64,000 nt of DNA, from the NCBI RefSeq assembly GCF_009914755.1, contig NC_060926.1; one strand, written 5' to 3'. This document shows positions 1-13,886 of the stretch, piece after piece (position 1 is the first letter of the stretch; each line of letters begins with the position of its first letter). The translations under genes and the position numbers were made by a program. The notes under the pieces were generated by a model. The model searched no databases, was not told the origin of the DNA, and was given only the letters and a program-made list of their open reading frames with translations. This DNA is from the human T2T-CHM13v2.0 reference genome, Homo sapiens.

Positions 1-3000
1 AGAAGGATACTTACCAAGAGAACCCTACTAACCAAGACTCAAGTCCTTATAGTACTTTTTCTATTGCTCACTCCCCCAAACTCTGAGCCATAAAATTAAA
101 ATCAACATTCCATGGGATATTCTTCCTCAAGTCCATTAAATCAGAAATGAAGTATTAAGTAGAGGATGTTTGTATTTCTTTGGGTCATCAGATTCACCAA
201 TGTAAGAAATATAAATATTTATCTTGCTAGCTCCTGATAGCCAATAAAAATTAACTCTAACGTATGGTATATTTAAATAGAAACAATTATCTGAACCTTA
301 AATATCAGTGGAGCTAGGACTTCTCTTTTTGGGAATTGAGGGAAAAAATATATACATATATATATATATTATTCTATAGAAGAACAGTTCAGCAGAGTTC
401 TCACATGCTGTATTTAATTCACATTCTCAAGTGTAAATATGAACTTTAAGAAACTGTCTAATAATATACAACTTCCTCTGTGACTTAAAACCAAGTCTCC
501 CCATTGCTTAAAGGGCCATGCTCCTTTTTATGGTCACAGAAACCTCCTGGTCTAAAATCTCGAGTTGTCTTTTACTACTTCCTTCATTTTTCTTTCAGTG
601 TGTTTCTAACAATATTATGTTCTAAGAATATTGAACTACTTGCAGTTTCCCAAACCCATTATACTGTTTCTAGCCCCATCTCTTACCACTACCTAGAATG
701 ATCTGGGCTAATTAGACCTTCTGTCTAATTCATAAATATCTTGCAAGAGCACCTTTGTAAAGGTTTCTCTTTCTTGTCTCCTGGGTGTGGGATGACTAAT
801 CATTTTCTTTGTTCTATCTCTATTTCACACGCATATTTCTATTAATCTATATACTATAGTTTGTCATAACTGAAGTCTACATCTTATCCATTGTTTCATC
901 TCCAGCTTCTAGCACAATGCCTTGCACATAGCGAACTGTCAAATACACAACAAACAGATCAAATAACTGTTTGACAGCATTGCCACTGTTTCTCTTTCCC
1001 TCTGCTTTTCATTCCTTTTATTAATTTCACTTTGATATTTTCATGCCCTCACTGTCTAGTTCTTTTCCCCTTGTATTCTACCCAGAAAATTACATCTGAA
1101 GTTTTACATCTCTGTATCTGATTAGTATATTATTTTTTACTCTAGAGTTAAAAAACCAGAGTCCTCACTATTTAATGACAGTTTGAGAAAGTGTTTTGAA
1201 TCAAATTCAAAATGAATTTTTGAATAAATTATATTCTCTATACAATCTGAATAGTGTGTGAAAGACATTTTCTATAAGTAAATTTGATCTGCACATTTGA
1301 TAGTGTTGTCAAACATAAAAAGTATCCTAACGGTCTTGGAAATATGGTGAAGTTCAATAATATTCAAGATTTTCATGTAAAATCTTTTCTTGTATAATTA
1401 ACTACGGGCTTTAATAGCCCTTGCATAGTTTATGTTAAGAGCAATCAAACAGTAACTTTAGCAGTGTTTAGTAAATGGCTTTAAGGCCTCCACAAACTAA
1501 ATAAGCCTCTACTACAGTTTTTAAAACATTTGGAAATTACTGATACTCTTGAAAGTGAATAGTATTTTTGTTTTGAAATCAATCCAATTTCTTATTCTTT
1601 TGAGTCAGTCTAAACTGATTTTTTTCAGTCTTCTCCTTTTCACAGATGCTGTTATTACTATCTTTCTCTTTTTTTAAAAGTAAGATAATCAACTATTAAA
1701 GAGTAGTGTTTCAAGGTATTCTAGCATCTGAGGCTGTCTCTGTAACTAAATCAAATGGACTGAATGATCATAAGTATAAGAAAGGACCCAAACGTCTGCA
1801 TTGTTTTAGCCCTAGAACTTGTGAGGTTCGCAAATCAGTTTACTGCCAAGTATTTCTAGAAACTGATGTATTTGCATACAGAACCTATTATGTATAAACT
1901 TTTTAAAAAAGCAATAATAAGAATTCATTTTGTTTCCTAGACTCACTTTATTTCATTAATATTTAACATTACAGAATCAAAGTTAGGGTCAACACACGAC
2001 CTTTATAACTCAGGATCCCCACCATTTTGAAGGCAATAGATTCTTCTTACAAGTACAGTAACATGTTGTTTAATTTGTGTTTTTCCCTTTGTACCATAAA
2101 AGGAAAGGAACTCATTTCACAGAGGTTACTGATTGAATTCACTGCTTTAAAGGAGGTGGACTTTGAAAAACATTATGCTTGAAATAGGTCTATCTTGGTA
2201 GATATAATTTCAGTGGAACATTTAAATTTCTCTACAGAGTATACGGAGAAATAGATTACTGCCTTTCATTGATTCACTGTCTAGAATTTTCTTCTTTCAA
2301 AATTATAGTCTAGTAAGTTATTTTTATTCCTACTATTTAAAATCTATCATTTTTGGCATGCTCATCCCTCAGTTTCTACGATTTCTTCTAATTTACAAAC
2401 TTAGGTGCAATGCTGTTACTTATTTTATCACCCTAAGCAATATGAACATTCAAAACTATTGACATTCCAAAGATCACATAAAAATCTGGATTATATGAAT
2501 TTTCTAATGCTGGTCTCCATTTCACAATGTTCCTGAATACCCTCCCTGTCATAAGAACAGACATTCTTTGTTGTACACAATGTTCCATACAAAGACATTT
2601 ATAAGCAGATTCTTATAATACTACTTTAAAAAATACCAATTTTGGCATGCTCTTTTAAGCAGAGACAAAACAGATATTTTGCCAGGAGGATTCAGTAGCA
2701 GAGAACAAAAATAACGTAAATTTGGTGGAATCAGAAAATACATCTTATAAAAACAAATATAAAACTCTGAAGAAATAATGCAATTTACTTAGGTAAAATA
2801 TGAAATTGGATAGGATGTTGAAAGCTGTGTACCCAAATAAGATTATCTATATCTTCACCAAAATGTGAATATCTAACGAAGAGCAACATATATTGAATTT
2901 TAAAATAATAGAATTTTCAAAGAAATAGACCAGATTATATCATACAGTGCTTAATGACCAAAATTAGATTAATTTTATTGGAATTAAAAAATTATAGCAC

Positions 3001-6000
3001 TACCTGGAATCTGGTCATTAATCTAAAATAAATTTAAGAAATAATTTTCAAACTCCATAATATGTAATTTCATACATGTAGCAATAAATTATTCTACATA
3101 AAAGAAAGAAAATTAATTGCCTACATTTAATATTAGGACTGGATTACTAAGTACATGTTGATTTAAATGTAATTGAAAATAGTATGGCCTATGTCTTTAT
3201 GTACAAAAATGATAAATCATAAGCAAAATAAAGGTATCCTGAATTAACATGCCTTTAAAATGATCAGATCTAATATGTTTCAACTATAAAACTCAGGTAT
3301 AGGATAAAGGTGTCAGGTATGGAGAAAAAAACCCTATGCTTCAGTTTTAGCACTAGACCTATAATTTTGGAACTCTGAATAAGCCATTTAATTTCTCAAT
3401 TTGAGTCATCCATTTACTAAAAGAGAATATGTTTCTTTGGCAGAAAGAAGCTAAAAGTACTTTATAGACTCCACAACACATGGTAAATATAAGGAAACAA
3501 GCTGTTACAGTAAAAGTAGAGGTAATTAATTTTTTACTCCATACAGTAGTCATTTATTAAATATTTTACAGAAGAATCAGTTTCAATTATAATCATTGAA
3601 TTTTGTTGGGGTTTTGGTGTTTAGAAGTCTGCTAACTTCTGTCAATGTTTATTTCTTATGTTAAATCCTTCAGTGAACGTATGGTGTTAAATACATTCTG
3701 ATTATTTGGTTCACATTTCTTGAAATCTAGGTGTACCTATACTTATAAATAATAAAGAACCAAAGTTATTATCTAAATACTCAATAGCAAAAAGGCTAAA
3801 TTTTATGCTTAAAATGACTTTAGTTATTTATTGAAAGCTGCTTTTATAAATGTGTCGCTATGTATACACAACACACATATAAATAAATGTACTTTATTTT
3901 CCATAGTAACTTCCACTAATTAAAAATCATCTTATATATATTCAAATTTTATTAATATTTAATGCAAAGAAATAGACAAGTATAGAAGTGTTATGTAGAG
4001 ATAATATTAACATCATCAAGTATTTTTAAATAAAAATACAAACATTTCCAGGACTTACAAACATATTTATTATGATATGGTAAATATTGCTAATATTGTT
4101 TATGTTTAAGCTTCATTACTCTGCAAATATAACAATTATTCCACATACTAAAAAACTTGGCTCAGTATCAGTCATATTTAGGATACAGATTACTTCGCAG
4201 ACACATAGTTCAAATTTCATAAAGCAAATTTAACTTCAGCAATTTTTAATTTATGTTCTTTGAATTTAGTCAAGCATTAACATTAGAATTCACTAAAATC
4301 AAATCAACACAATTCCTTCTGTCTTGACAGTAGCAATTTATGTGCTAACACTCATTAAATTAAAACTTTTATGTAACTTTGCCTTTTAGCTTCTTTATGT
4401 AATGTCTTCATTACAAAATGTGATTTTAAGTAGTAATCTCAGAATTTTTGTTAATCGATTACTCTCTTCAGTCTGAATAAGCCCATTTAACTTTGGACTT
4501 TTTACAGTAGAAATTAGTAGCACATTAATAAAAACAAAGAAATGAGTATTATTAGAATATACCACTAAGAGAAACACAAGGAAAATTCTTATTCTTATTA
4601 CGGATTAAAATTCTTATTAAGAATTCTTACCTCTAATTTAAATTCTTATTAAATTTTTATTCTTTGCATCACAAAGAATAGTGGCCAGTATAACTATTAT
4701 ATGTATACTGGATACAAATATTACACATAGCTGATAACAAAGGCAATCTTTTTCCACATTGAAACAAGGAAAAAATTAGTAATACAGATAAGAATCAACA
4801 ACACACATATGTCTATCAAATGTACTAACTGACAAACCCAAGTAAATCAATGCCTTTGTGTATTGGTTTTACTATTTGAACATGTCCTTCTCATCAAACA
4901 GGTTTTATTCTAAGTATCGTAGGTATGTTCCACACTAATTGAGTGCTTATATTAAAAAGAGGTAACTTTGAAATGTGCACACAGAAAGACTCCATAGATA
5001 TTTCTCATTATTGGGTATGTTTCAAGATAATAAAATTGACCTGGGATTAATATTAAAATAGTTGAATACATTTTTTTTCTTACCATAAAAAAATGACCTC
5101 AGTTAGAAGAAATTCCTAGGGATTAGTGACCAACTGAGGTTAATGGCCTGAGACTATACTTTAGGCAATTAACTCCACCCAGCTATTCATTAATCCCCAG
5201 GAAATGCCCAGGTCTACAACTGTTACTGCTTAATTATAACCCGAATGGAACCATGAGAGTTGAGACTGGCAATGTGATTCACTAATGTACAAGAATTAAG
5301 TTCTCCATGACTGCTTTGTACATATCAATTAAAATTGCATCACCCTTAAAAAAATCCACATGCCTGTATTTCTTTTCTAGTTTTAGTTTATAATAGCAAT
5401 AATGACTTCAATGCTGGGCATTTTCTAGAAATTAATGGCCAGCAGATGTTAATGGCCCTTGGCTGTACCTTGAGCTATCTACTCCTCCCTGTTAGTCATT
5501 AATCCCTATGAAATGCCCAGCTATTGCTTAATTAACTTTACAATAGAGTTAATGCAGATATGACACAATGGCAAGATTTTTATTTATAAGCTTCCAAAGA
5601 AAAATAAACCTTCAACTCCAAAAATACTTATAAAAATTAGTTTCCTATTTCTGAAACTTACATTGAAAATTAAGAATGGGAAGAACCATGGGATATAATG
5701 TATTTAAGACTGCACTTCAGACGACCTCAACTACCTTTCAAGGAAGGAGATTCTAGCCCATGGTGAAATATTATCCTATTTCCCTTAGTTACTTATTTCT
5801 ATTGTTATTTAACATCATCATGTTTGTCAAGATTGTTTTTTCCTCATTAAAACCTTGTTGAAATAAAAAAGAAAGAGTACTGTTCTTATGTAATAAAATC
5901 CCCTGTCTCTCACCCATGTGCTTTTCCTCTGTGCCCTGTGATTCAGAGTTTGCAAACAATTCCAGGAGTGGGAATCACTTAGTTGTGTCAGAGTAGTTTA

Positions 6001-7530
6001 AACTTGGTAAGTTTTAGCACCCATTCTTCCTCAAAGGAAAAAAATAAATTGCTTTAAATTATGAACCTACTATTTTATTTGCCTATTAAAAGGGCATTTT
6101 CAACCCTACTAGCAACTAATTAAAGGAACACTGTATGTGTCTTAAACCATCTGGTCCCAAGTTTGTATTGACAAAAAAAGTATATGTAGCTGAAACTTTT
6201 TCAGTTAATAAATACTTGGCCCCAATAGAAATGTACCTGGCGAGGCACGTGCTATGTCTCACCTGACAGCATTTGTGAGAGCCCCATTGATGCCTAAAAT
6301 TAGCCCTGGCACATAATTATAGCCTTCAGGAAAGATCAGCTCCAGAATACATTATCTTTCCTACAAAATCAGATCCCTTAAATTACATAGACGAATGTCA
6401 TACAGGTACAGAATTGGAAAGTTAGGATTCTATTTTTACCTATTAAGCGTATAGACTACAAAGATAACGGTGTAATATGTAGTTACTATTTATGGTGCTT
6501 AATAATTTATACAGCTCTCTATGATTACTTACTTTGCTGATTCTCCCTCACAAAAATAACAACCAGAGATTTGTGATTTTTGTAATTATATAAAGTGCTA
6601 TTTCCCTATATTTGGTATTACTTGATACGGCATCAGGTAGAATTTTTATCAAATTTTCAAAGATTCTCTTAGATAAACCTTTGTATTTTGGTTGAATAAT
6701 AGTTATCCAATTGTAGTAATGATCAAATTGCAGTTACCAAACTTTCAGAGGTTGTCTTAGAGAAATCTTTATAATTTGTTTAAAACATTTCACTTTAAAC
6801 ATTTTAGGATGTTTAAAACATTTTAGGATGAAAAATTTTCAAGCAGAAAACCAGAATAAAGAATCAGTCTAAATATGGAACAGACAAAGTATATCGATTG
6901 TTGATTGACCTGGTAAAAAAAAAAAACAAAAAAACAGACATACATCATGTAGATTATATTCTTCATGTGCACGTGCATGCATACACACACATACACATAT
7001 ATAATCAATTTAAGTCATTCATGGATCTTCAATGGATCACACCATTACTTGCAAATATTATTGTTGCTAATTGGACAAAGTATTAAAAAAGTAGACTCTG
7101 ATAAAAACTTACGGGCATTATATATTGAACAGAGACATCTGGCAACCCAAAATTCTGATGAACTAGAGTTCACAATAGTTATTTTTTAACCTTTCCTAAC
7201 ACACATATTATAATGGGAGACTACTATAAGATAAAATTTTGTCCTTGTGTAACATTCACGATACATTATTTGAAGATACTGGTAAATAAGCATTTGATAC
7301 ACAAGCTTTATTTTCCCAAGTTTTAGAAAATTTGTCAGTCTCCGTGAGTCGTCAAGAGTATCTATCTCTATGCTGACTTCATAAAATTACTTTGATGGAA
7401 AATAATATGGTTTAAAGAGTTACTAATGTTTTTTCCTAATCCTGCTTATGCTCTATATCCTGCATTTTCTCTTCTGTTTCTTGGACCACAGTCAATACTT
7501 TATTTGCTTTTTAAAAATAACTATATTTTT

Positions 7531-7829
7531 AGCCAGGTGAGGTGGTTCACTCCTGTAATCCCAGCACTTTGGGAGGCCGATGGGGGTGGATCACCTGAGG
7601 TCAAGAGTTTGAGATCAGCCTGGCCAACATGGTGAAATCCTGTCTCTACTAAAAAATATGAAAATTAGCTGGTGGTGGCATGCGCCTGTAATCCCAGCTA
7701 CTCGGAAGGCTGAGGCAAGAGAATCACTTCAACCCAGGAGGCGGAGGTTGCAGTGAGCCGAGATCACACCATTGCACTCCAGCCTGGGTGACAAGAGCAA
7801 AACTCCATCTCAAAAAAAAAAAAAAAAAA
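7531..7829 (+). mobile_element. Alu (AluS-type), full length
   Basis: Dimeric Alu sequence, poly(A) tail, flanking CTATATTTTT duplication. Confidence 0.95.
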
Positions 7830-7894
7830 CCCTATATTTTTAAAAGTTAAACAAATTTAAAAAAACAATATTTATAGTCAACTATTTGAATACT

Positions 7895-7972
7895 AATTTT
7901 TATTTAATTATGTTTATTTTGAAACAGGCTCTCACTCTGTTGCCCAGGTTGGAGTCCAGTAGTGTGATCTTT
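7895..7972 (-). mobile_element. Heavily 5'-truncated Alu (3' ~55 nt plus tail)
   Basis: ttttgaaacaggctctcactctgttgcccaggttggagt...gatct; flanked by CTATTTGAA(A)TACT at 7882-7894 and 7973-7986. Confidence 0.8.
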
Positions 7973-8725
7973 CTATTTGAAATACTGGTTTTATTCTGTT
8001 TTTCTTTATCAAAATGAGATTCAATCTTAATTGAGAATTCTCATATTTGAATCCTAAGTTTTCTGTCCATTCATTAACTTAGACACTAGCTGCTGAAGAC
8101 GTGACAGTGCAGTGATATAGGCAATGTGAATAGTATTGATAGATTGAACATGAATAAACTTTTAGCCAAATACCTTTGTTAATGATGTAAGTTCTCTGGA
8201 TGAAGGTCTAGAAAGCCAACCACCTTTACTTTCAATCTCCTTTTGGAACATACAAGTCCTACATTCCAGTTTCGTTTCATGAAGGGAATATTACTCTTCC
8301 CTTCACAGCTTATCTAAAGTATCAATTAGTCAAATAAATGACTACAAGATCTGTGAAAGAAATAAAAAAAGATATTCACATGTACACAATTCCAAGAATA
8401 CCTAAGGGCACAATACAGCAGGCGGAACATTGGAAGCCAGTGACCAAATTCAGCCAGTTCATGTGCTGCTTTTCCTGCATAAAGAGTAAAAATTGAATAA
8501 GTTGTGGACATTTTAAACTTGGGTATATTTACATAAAATTTCATATTTCCAAATGTATTTTTTGAAAAATTACTAAATTTGTAACAATTAATTGGCACTG
8601 TTTAGAGTCCTTCCCTTTAGATAGGACCAGCACTCAGTTCCTACCACTTTTATTGCTTCCCTAATATATTTTATTTAGCCAATCATTATTTACATTTTCA
8701 TCCTACAGGGAAAAAGCCTTTCTAT

Positions 8726-8771
8726 TGTGTGTGTGTGCATATCTATGTGTGTGTGTGTGTGTGTATGTGTG
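8726..8771. repeat. Interrupted (TG)n microsatellite
   Basis: Read directly. Confidence 0.9.
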
Positions 8772-9480
8772 CACAGCCGTGTACACAATGGGATTTTTGA
8801 TGAGTGTAAAGATTTTGTAATAACCCCTTCCCCAACTTCCTGCAAGTCCCTTTTTTGAACCTCCAGTCTTTCAAATGGAAGTATCCAAGGATCAAAGAGG
8901 CTACAGCTTTACTAAACAAAGACGGGGATTAATTTTTCTTGGTTTTTAATGTTGGAAAGTGACTTACCATTTCCCAACTTGACTAATTTACCATTATATT
9001 TAAGCTATTTAAATCCTAAAATCTATTAGAATATGCTTTAGCCAATGTAGAATAAATAATTAAAAATGCCTTTCAATCTCTAGAAGACTCTCCAAAGGAT
9101 TGAGATACATTCCTATTGCAAAAACAGTTCAAGTATTTTCAGTTAACTTCTATTATTTTCACTTTCTTATATATTCCACCTAGGGACAGGATTTTCATCA
9201 TGATTAATACTTTTAGTCCAAGCAATTATGATTAATTATATTATTTCATTCTTGGAGTCACCCAAAATGTAGTGAAATAATGTTTTTATTAAAATATATT
9301 AATATTTAGACATTTTGGGAAATACATCAGGATATTTGAGAATTCTACAAGAAATGACTCATAATCTTTACTTTCCCTACCAGTCCATCTACAAAAATGT
9401 GCTTTTCTTCAGATTGAAAGACCCTAACTACTAGTAGTAATTAATTAATAGTGGTCTAATGAAGGAGAAGTATACAGGGG

Positions 9481-9690
9481 CAGTACATCTCTAAACTAGC
9501 TGAGCATCAGAATATTCTTGAGTAACTACAAAAATATACTCCTAAGCCCTATCTTTGAAGATTCTGGACAAGTGGATCTGAGTAAGTCAATAAATCCAAA
9601 TAACCCACAGCAGGGTCATGGCAACAATATTTTATTTAAAGATCTTCATATAATTACAATTTCAGTAGGGGTCGCCGGACTAGATAAAAG
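9481..9690. mobile_element. MER5-like hAT-Charlie remnant
   Basis: aaactagctgagcatcagaat...gattctggacaagtggatctgag resembles the MER5 family; strongly diverged. Confidence 0.45.
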
Positions 9691-12600
9691 CAATAATATG
9701 AAAATTCCTTTCCTGAATTATTCAGATTATATTCATAAAATGAAAGTTCTTAGTTCAAGTAATCAGTTGTTAATTGGTTTTGTTGAAACCGCATTAAATG
9801 CTACAGTAGGTTCCTAAGAAGTCCTTCCCATCCTTGAGGGACTCTACAGTCTAAAACGGGAAGTGGTGAGACTTACTATGCATTAAATAGTATTACAAAG
9901 TTCATTTCAGTAATTTTTTATTATCTATAATATTAAATATATAAAGTGCTAAATCTCTGTGAATCCTTTCTTGTTTCATAGTGGTTAGGTAGTACCAACT
10001 TAATGAAGACCTTGAAATTGAGGCAGAATGTTTTATATATTTTACTCTTGATGTAATAATGAAAGAAATATTTTTTAATGTAGAGGAATCAGGTATAAAT
10101 CCACTGTTCCCTATTTAAATAATTATTTAGAGACATGAGAATATTTAGTCAGCAACAGCTGTTGCAGTAGCTTAGCTGTGAGCCTGTGGGAATCTGGATA
10201 GGAATGATAGCCCAAATGGAGATAAAGGTACTGGTATACGAAATTTGCCAAAAGATGACTGACAGAAAGAGGAGGATGATAGCATAAAATCAATAACTAT
10301 AACCATCCATGTTTGAAGGAATGTTGAAGTGGTGGTTCCCTTGGCAGAGAGGAGAACATAGAAATTTGGTAAAGAAGCTGGTCTGGTGAGGAAATTGGAT
10401 TCGTTTAGAACTGTTGAAGTTAAAAGTGATGGGACACACTTAATTGGAAATATTCAGAGGATAACTGCAGATGTAGAAAAGGAGCTCAAGTAAAAAACTG
10501 AAGACACAGAAAAGAATAGGGATTTATTCATCCTGTCTCTGTGCCTCAAGTCTCAGCCATATTTCATATGACAAATGTCACCTGATAAGTGATTTCTCAT
10601 GAGATGACACCATACATTAACACACATGTTAAATACAAAACATGTTGAACACTGATTGCTAACATATAATCCCTTTCCCCGGAATTTATTTTTTTCTCAT
10701 AGAAACGATAAAGTGTAGTTCACAAATAAATGGTGACTTTAGCATTTCAAACTTACTTTTTATTGATCAAATGAGTAAAAGGATATAGACTGCCTCAGGT
10801 AAATTATCTACCATTTCACTGAAGCAGTTTATTCACATGGCCTTTCTGTATTTATTTCATAGGTTTGCATAATAAGGATTCACATACACAGTTGAGCTCT
10901 CCTTCCTTCGGGCTAGTTACCTAGCTGTCCTAATCACCCGGTAATTAAAACAAAACCCACTCCAGATAATTGGCAGTTTTCTCTAATTGAAAACTGGGTA
11001 GACAATAATTTGGTCTAGGGAAATGCCCTACTCTCATACTGTAATATGAATTACCATCTGTCCATTAAATTAGCCACCGTAAAATATTAACATATAAATG
11101 ACTACTATAGGGCTATTCTTAAAGTGGCCCTAACATTTAATTTTTTTTTTCATTTTGTTGACTCACCCATTTCTTTCTAGGGAACAATAAGGAACTGTAT
11201 TCTAGGGTTGATGGCAGGAAAGGGCAATAACTTTTGTCCCACAATGCAGACATGTTAAGAATATTTAGAATATCTAACCTTGCTACACAAAGTATTTGCT
11301 CTTTAGTGAATAACATGAACATTGAACCAAGAAGATAGAACAAATTACACAAAAATATTCAATCCATCTATCAATATACAGCTGAGAGATCCTAAATGCT
11401 TCACATACTACTACACATTTACTCTCAGTGGAAGTAAAAGAGGAAAAGAAGGAGATTTAAAAAAGCAACCTGCTAATCTTAGAAAATGTCCAGTAGTTCA
11501 GAAAATTCTTGGAATACACCTGGCATATATTGAGAAAATATTCTAACTCTTCAATATACTAACTCTGTTCTTCCTTAAAGGGTGATTTTATTTGAATGAG
11601 AAAAGGGGGAAATTCATAAATATCAAAAGACTCTCAAGGGAACAATAGACATTATCGAAGGAACAACCTGATTTTGTGTTCTCTGTAGACAGATGGGTAA
11701 GCTACACAACTCTCTCTTCAGACACATTTGTACACAGCAAATAACACCAGTAGCAGAGTCTTTAATTAGAGAGGACAAAGATACACAGCCACACATCTAA
11801 TGACACAAAGTACACCAAAGCAGCATGAATATATTTTCCTTTCCTGGTCACAGGCAATCCTAGCATGAAAAGAATGTTTCCCCAAAAGTTCTCTGTGGTG
11901 ACTTTCTGCTGACATCTTAGGATGCCTGATTTGTCTGTTTGCTGGCAAGGAGTGAGCCTTGTGAAATGTATAACAGAATTAGAATGTAAACTGATGATAC
12001 TTCAGACAAGGTCAAACCCTGATCCATGTAAATACTCATCAATTGATTAGGCAGAAATTATTAAGACACTGGATAAGTCAAACAATAGCTCAAGAGCTGC
12101 ATAACAAATCCAGGGAAAACACAACAGCAGTGAAAGTGAGGAAAACTCCCAACCACAGACTTCGTTGACCAGCCACAGAAAAGAAATTTTCAGGATTTTT
12201 TATTTAAAACACAAATATTTGTAATAAGGATTAAGTATGTACCCTGAAAATCATACCTGTCTTGAAATATTTGCTCCAGTCTAAGCATAGAATAATCACT
12301 CTGCTACCTACCATTCATCGCCCACTGCAATGAAAAGGTTGAGCTCCATCTTGGACTTTCTTCACAGAACCTGACATAAACTTTAGTGTACTCTAGAGAC
12401 TTGGTGATGATAAGATGTTATGTTTCAATACAAAGACAAACTCCATAATAAATCATTTTATCAATTAAGATGAAGAAAGCCATCGAAATATAAAACTACA
12501 AATGAAATGATCAAAATTTATACATGGCCAAAAACCTGGGGTTTCTGAAAGTTAAACAGAAATCTGAATTTTATTCAGTTATTAAAATAAATATTTTATA

Positions 12601-12974
12601 TTTTTATACTTAGTTTTAATGTCTTTTTCTCAAGATTATTTTATATACAAAAACAAGTAGTATAAAAATCAACTTATTTCTGTTAATTAATGAAAAGTTG
12701 TGCTTTCCCTATAAGTAAATTCTCATGGATTGTTTACACTATAAATCCCAGGACATTAAAGTACAGAGCACATTTTTCTCCTTTATTAATGTATAACTAT
12801 ATAATGAGCTATAGCTTATTATGCATAAAATAATTCTCTTTTTTAAAAACTGCTCTGGTGTTGAAGTAAGCTAATGTCAAATTAAATTATATTTATTAAG
12901 AATCATCATAGAAAAAAGTGTATTACTTAACAATAAAAATTAAAACCATCATTTTCAAATGTTTAAAACTTGCC

Positions 12975-13165
12975 CTGTATTGTGCTGGGCAATTTATACA
13001 AATTATATCATTTAATCTTTATATTACTCCTGTGAGGTAGGTATTATTTTCCTGTTCTATAACTTAGCATACTATGGCAAACAGAAGAGTAATCATTTAC
13101 TCAGTGTCACTTGGCTCAAAAATGACCAAGCTATATTTTTACCTTAAGGCTGACTGACCTCAAAT
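12975..13165 (-). mobile_element. MIR SINE remnant
   Basis: ttatatcatttaatc...cctgtgaggtaggtattatt core. Confidence 0.65.
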
Positions 13166-13211
13166 CAAAATCTCTCTGATGCAACAGAACCTCCCCTTGT
13201 TAAATTTCCTA

Positions 13212-13886
13212 TAGCAGAGACTGCTGGCTGTTAACCAAACCCAATTCTAAGCACACAGCTTGATCATATTTCTCTTAGAGTTGGGTATGTCAATGAACTA
13301 AATTCTAGCCAAGAGAATATGGGAAAAAATAACATGTCATTTTTGTCTAAGAGCCAACCTTAGCTCTTAAAAACTTTCCACATGCCACCTTCCATTCTTT
13401 CTTTTTCATTGTTTTTTTGAGACAGGGTCTCACTCTGTCACCCTGCCCAGGTATAGTGGTACCATCAGGACTCAGTGCAGCCTCAACCTCCTGGGCTCAG
13501 GTGATCCTCCTACCTCAGCCTCCTGAGTAGCTGGGACTACAGGAACATGCCACCATGCCCAGCTAATTTTTCGTACAGACAGGGTTTTGGCATGTTGCCC
13601 AAGCTGGTCTCTAACTCCTGGGCTCATGTGATCCACCCACCTCAACCTCCCAAAATGCTGGGATTACAAAGGCAACCTTCCATTCTTTTTCCCCCATTTG
13701 GCCTCAGACTTTCACCAGGCTATACTGAGAATCTGGTGCAAATGGTCCTAGGGAGAAATTCAGCCAGAAACATCTGCATTGAACTGTTAGTAATGAGAAA
13801 TAAACTCTTACTGGGTTAAGCTACTGTAACACAGGGTTTTTGTTGTTGTTTTGTTCTATCAGCTAGTATTATTCTTAACTACTACA
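13212..13886 (+). mobile_element. Old ERVL-MaLR (MLT1-type) solo LTR interrupted by an AluJ
   Basis: Start gcagagactgctggctg; end gagaaataaactcttactgggttaagctactg...cttaactactaca, typical of MLT1 3' ends. Confidence 0.6.
13401..13673 (-). mobile_element. AluJ-type element
   Basis: gagacagggtctcactctgtcacc...cagcctcaacctcctgggctcaggtgatcctcc; TSD ACCTTCCATTCTTT on both sides. Confidence 0.9.

Noticed and set aside
3374-4490. Shared TCTGAATAAGCC(C)ATTTAA at ~3374 and ~4472
   Set aside because: Only 18-19 nt with an indel in AT-rich DNA and no junction context; cannot be separated confidently from chance.
6794-6830. Tandem duplication of TTTAAA(A)CATTTTAGGATG
   Set aside because: Ordinary slippage duplication with no sign of function.
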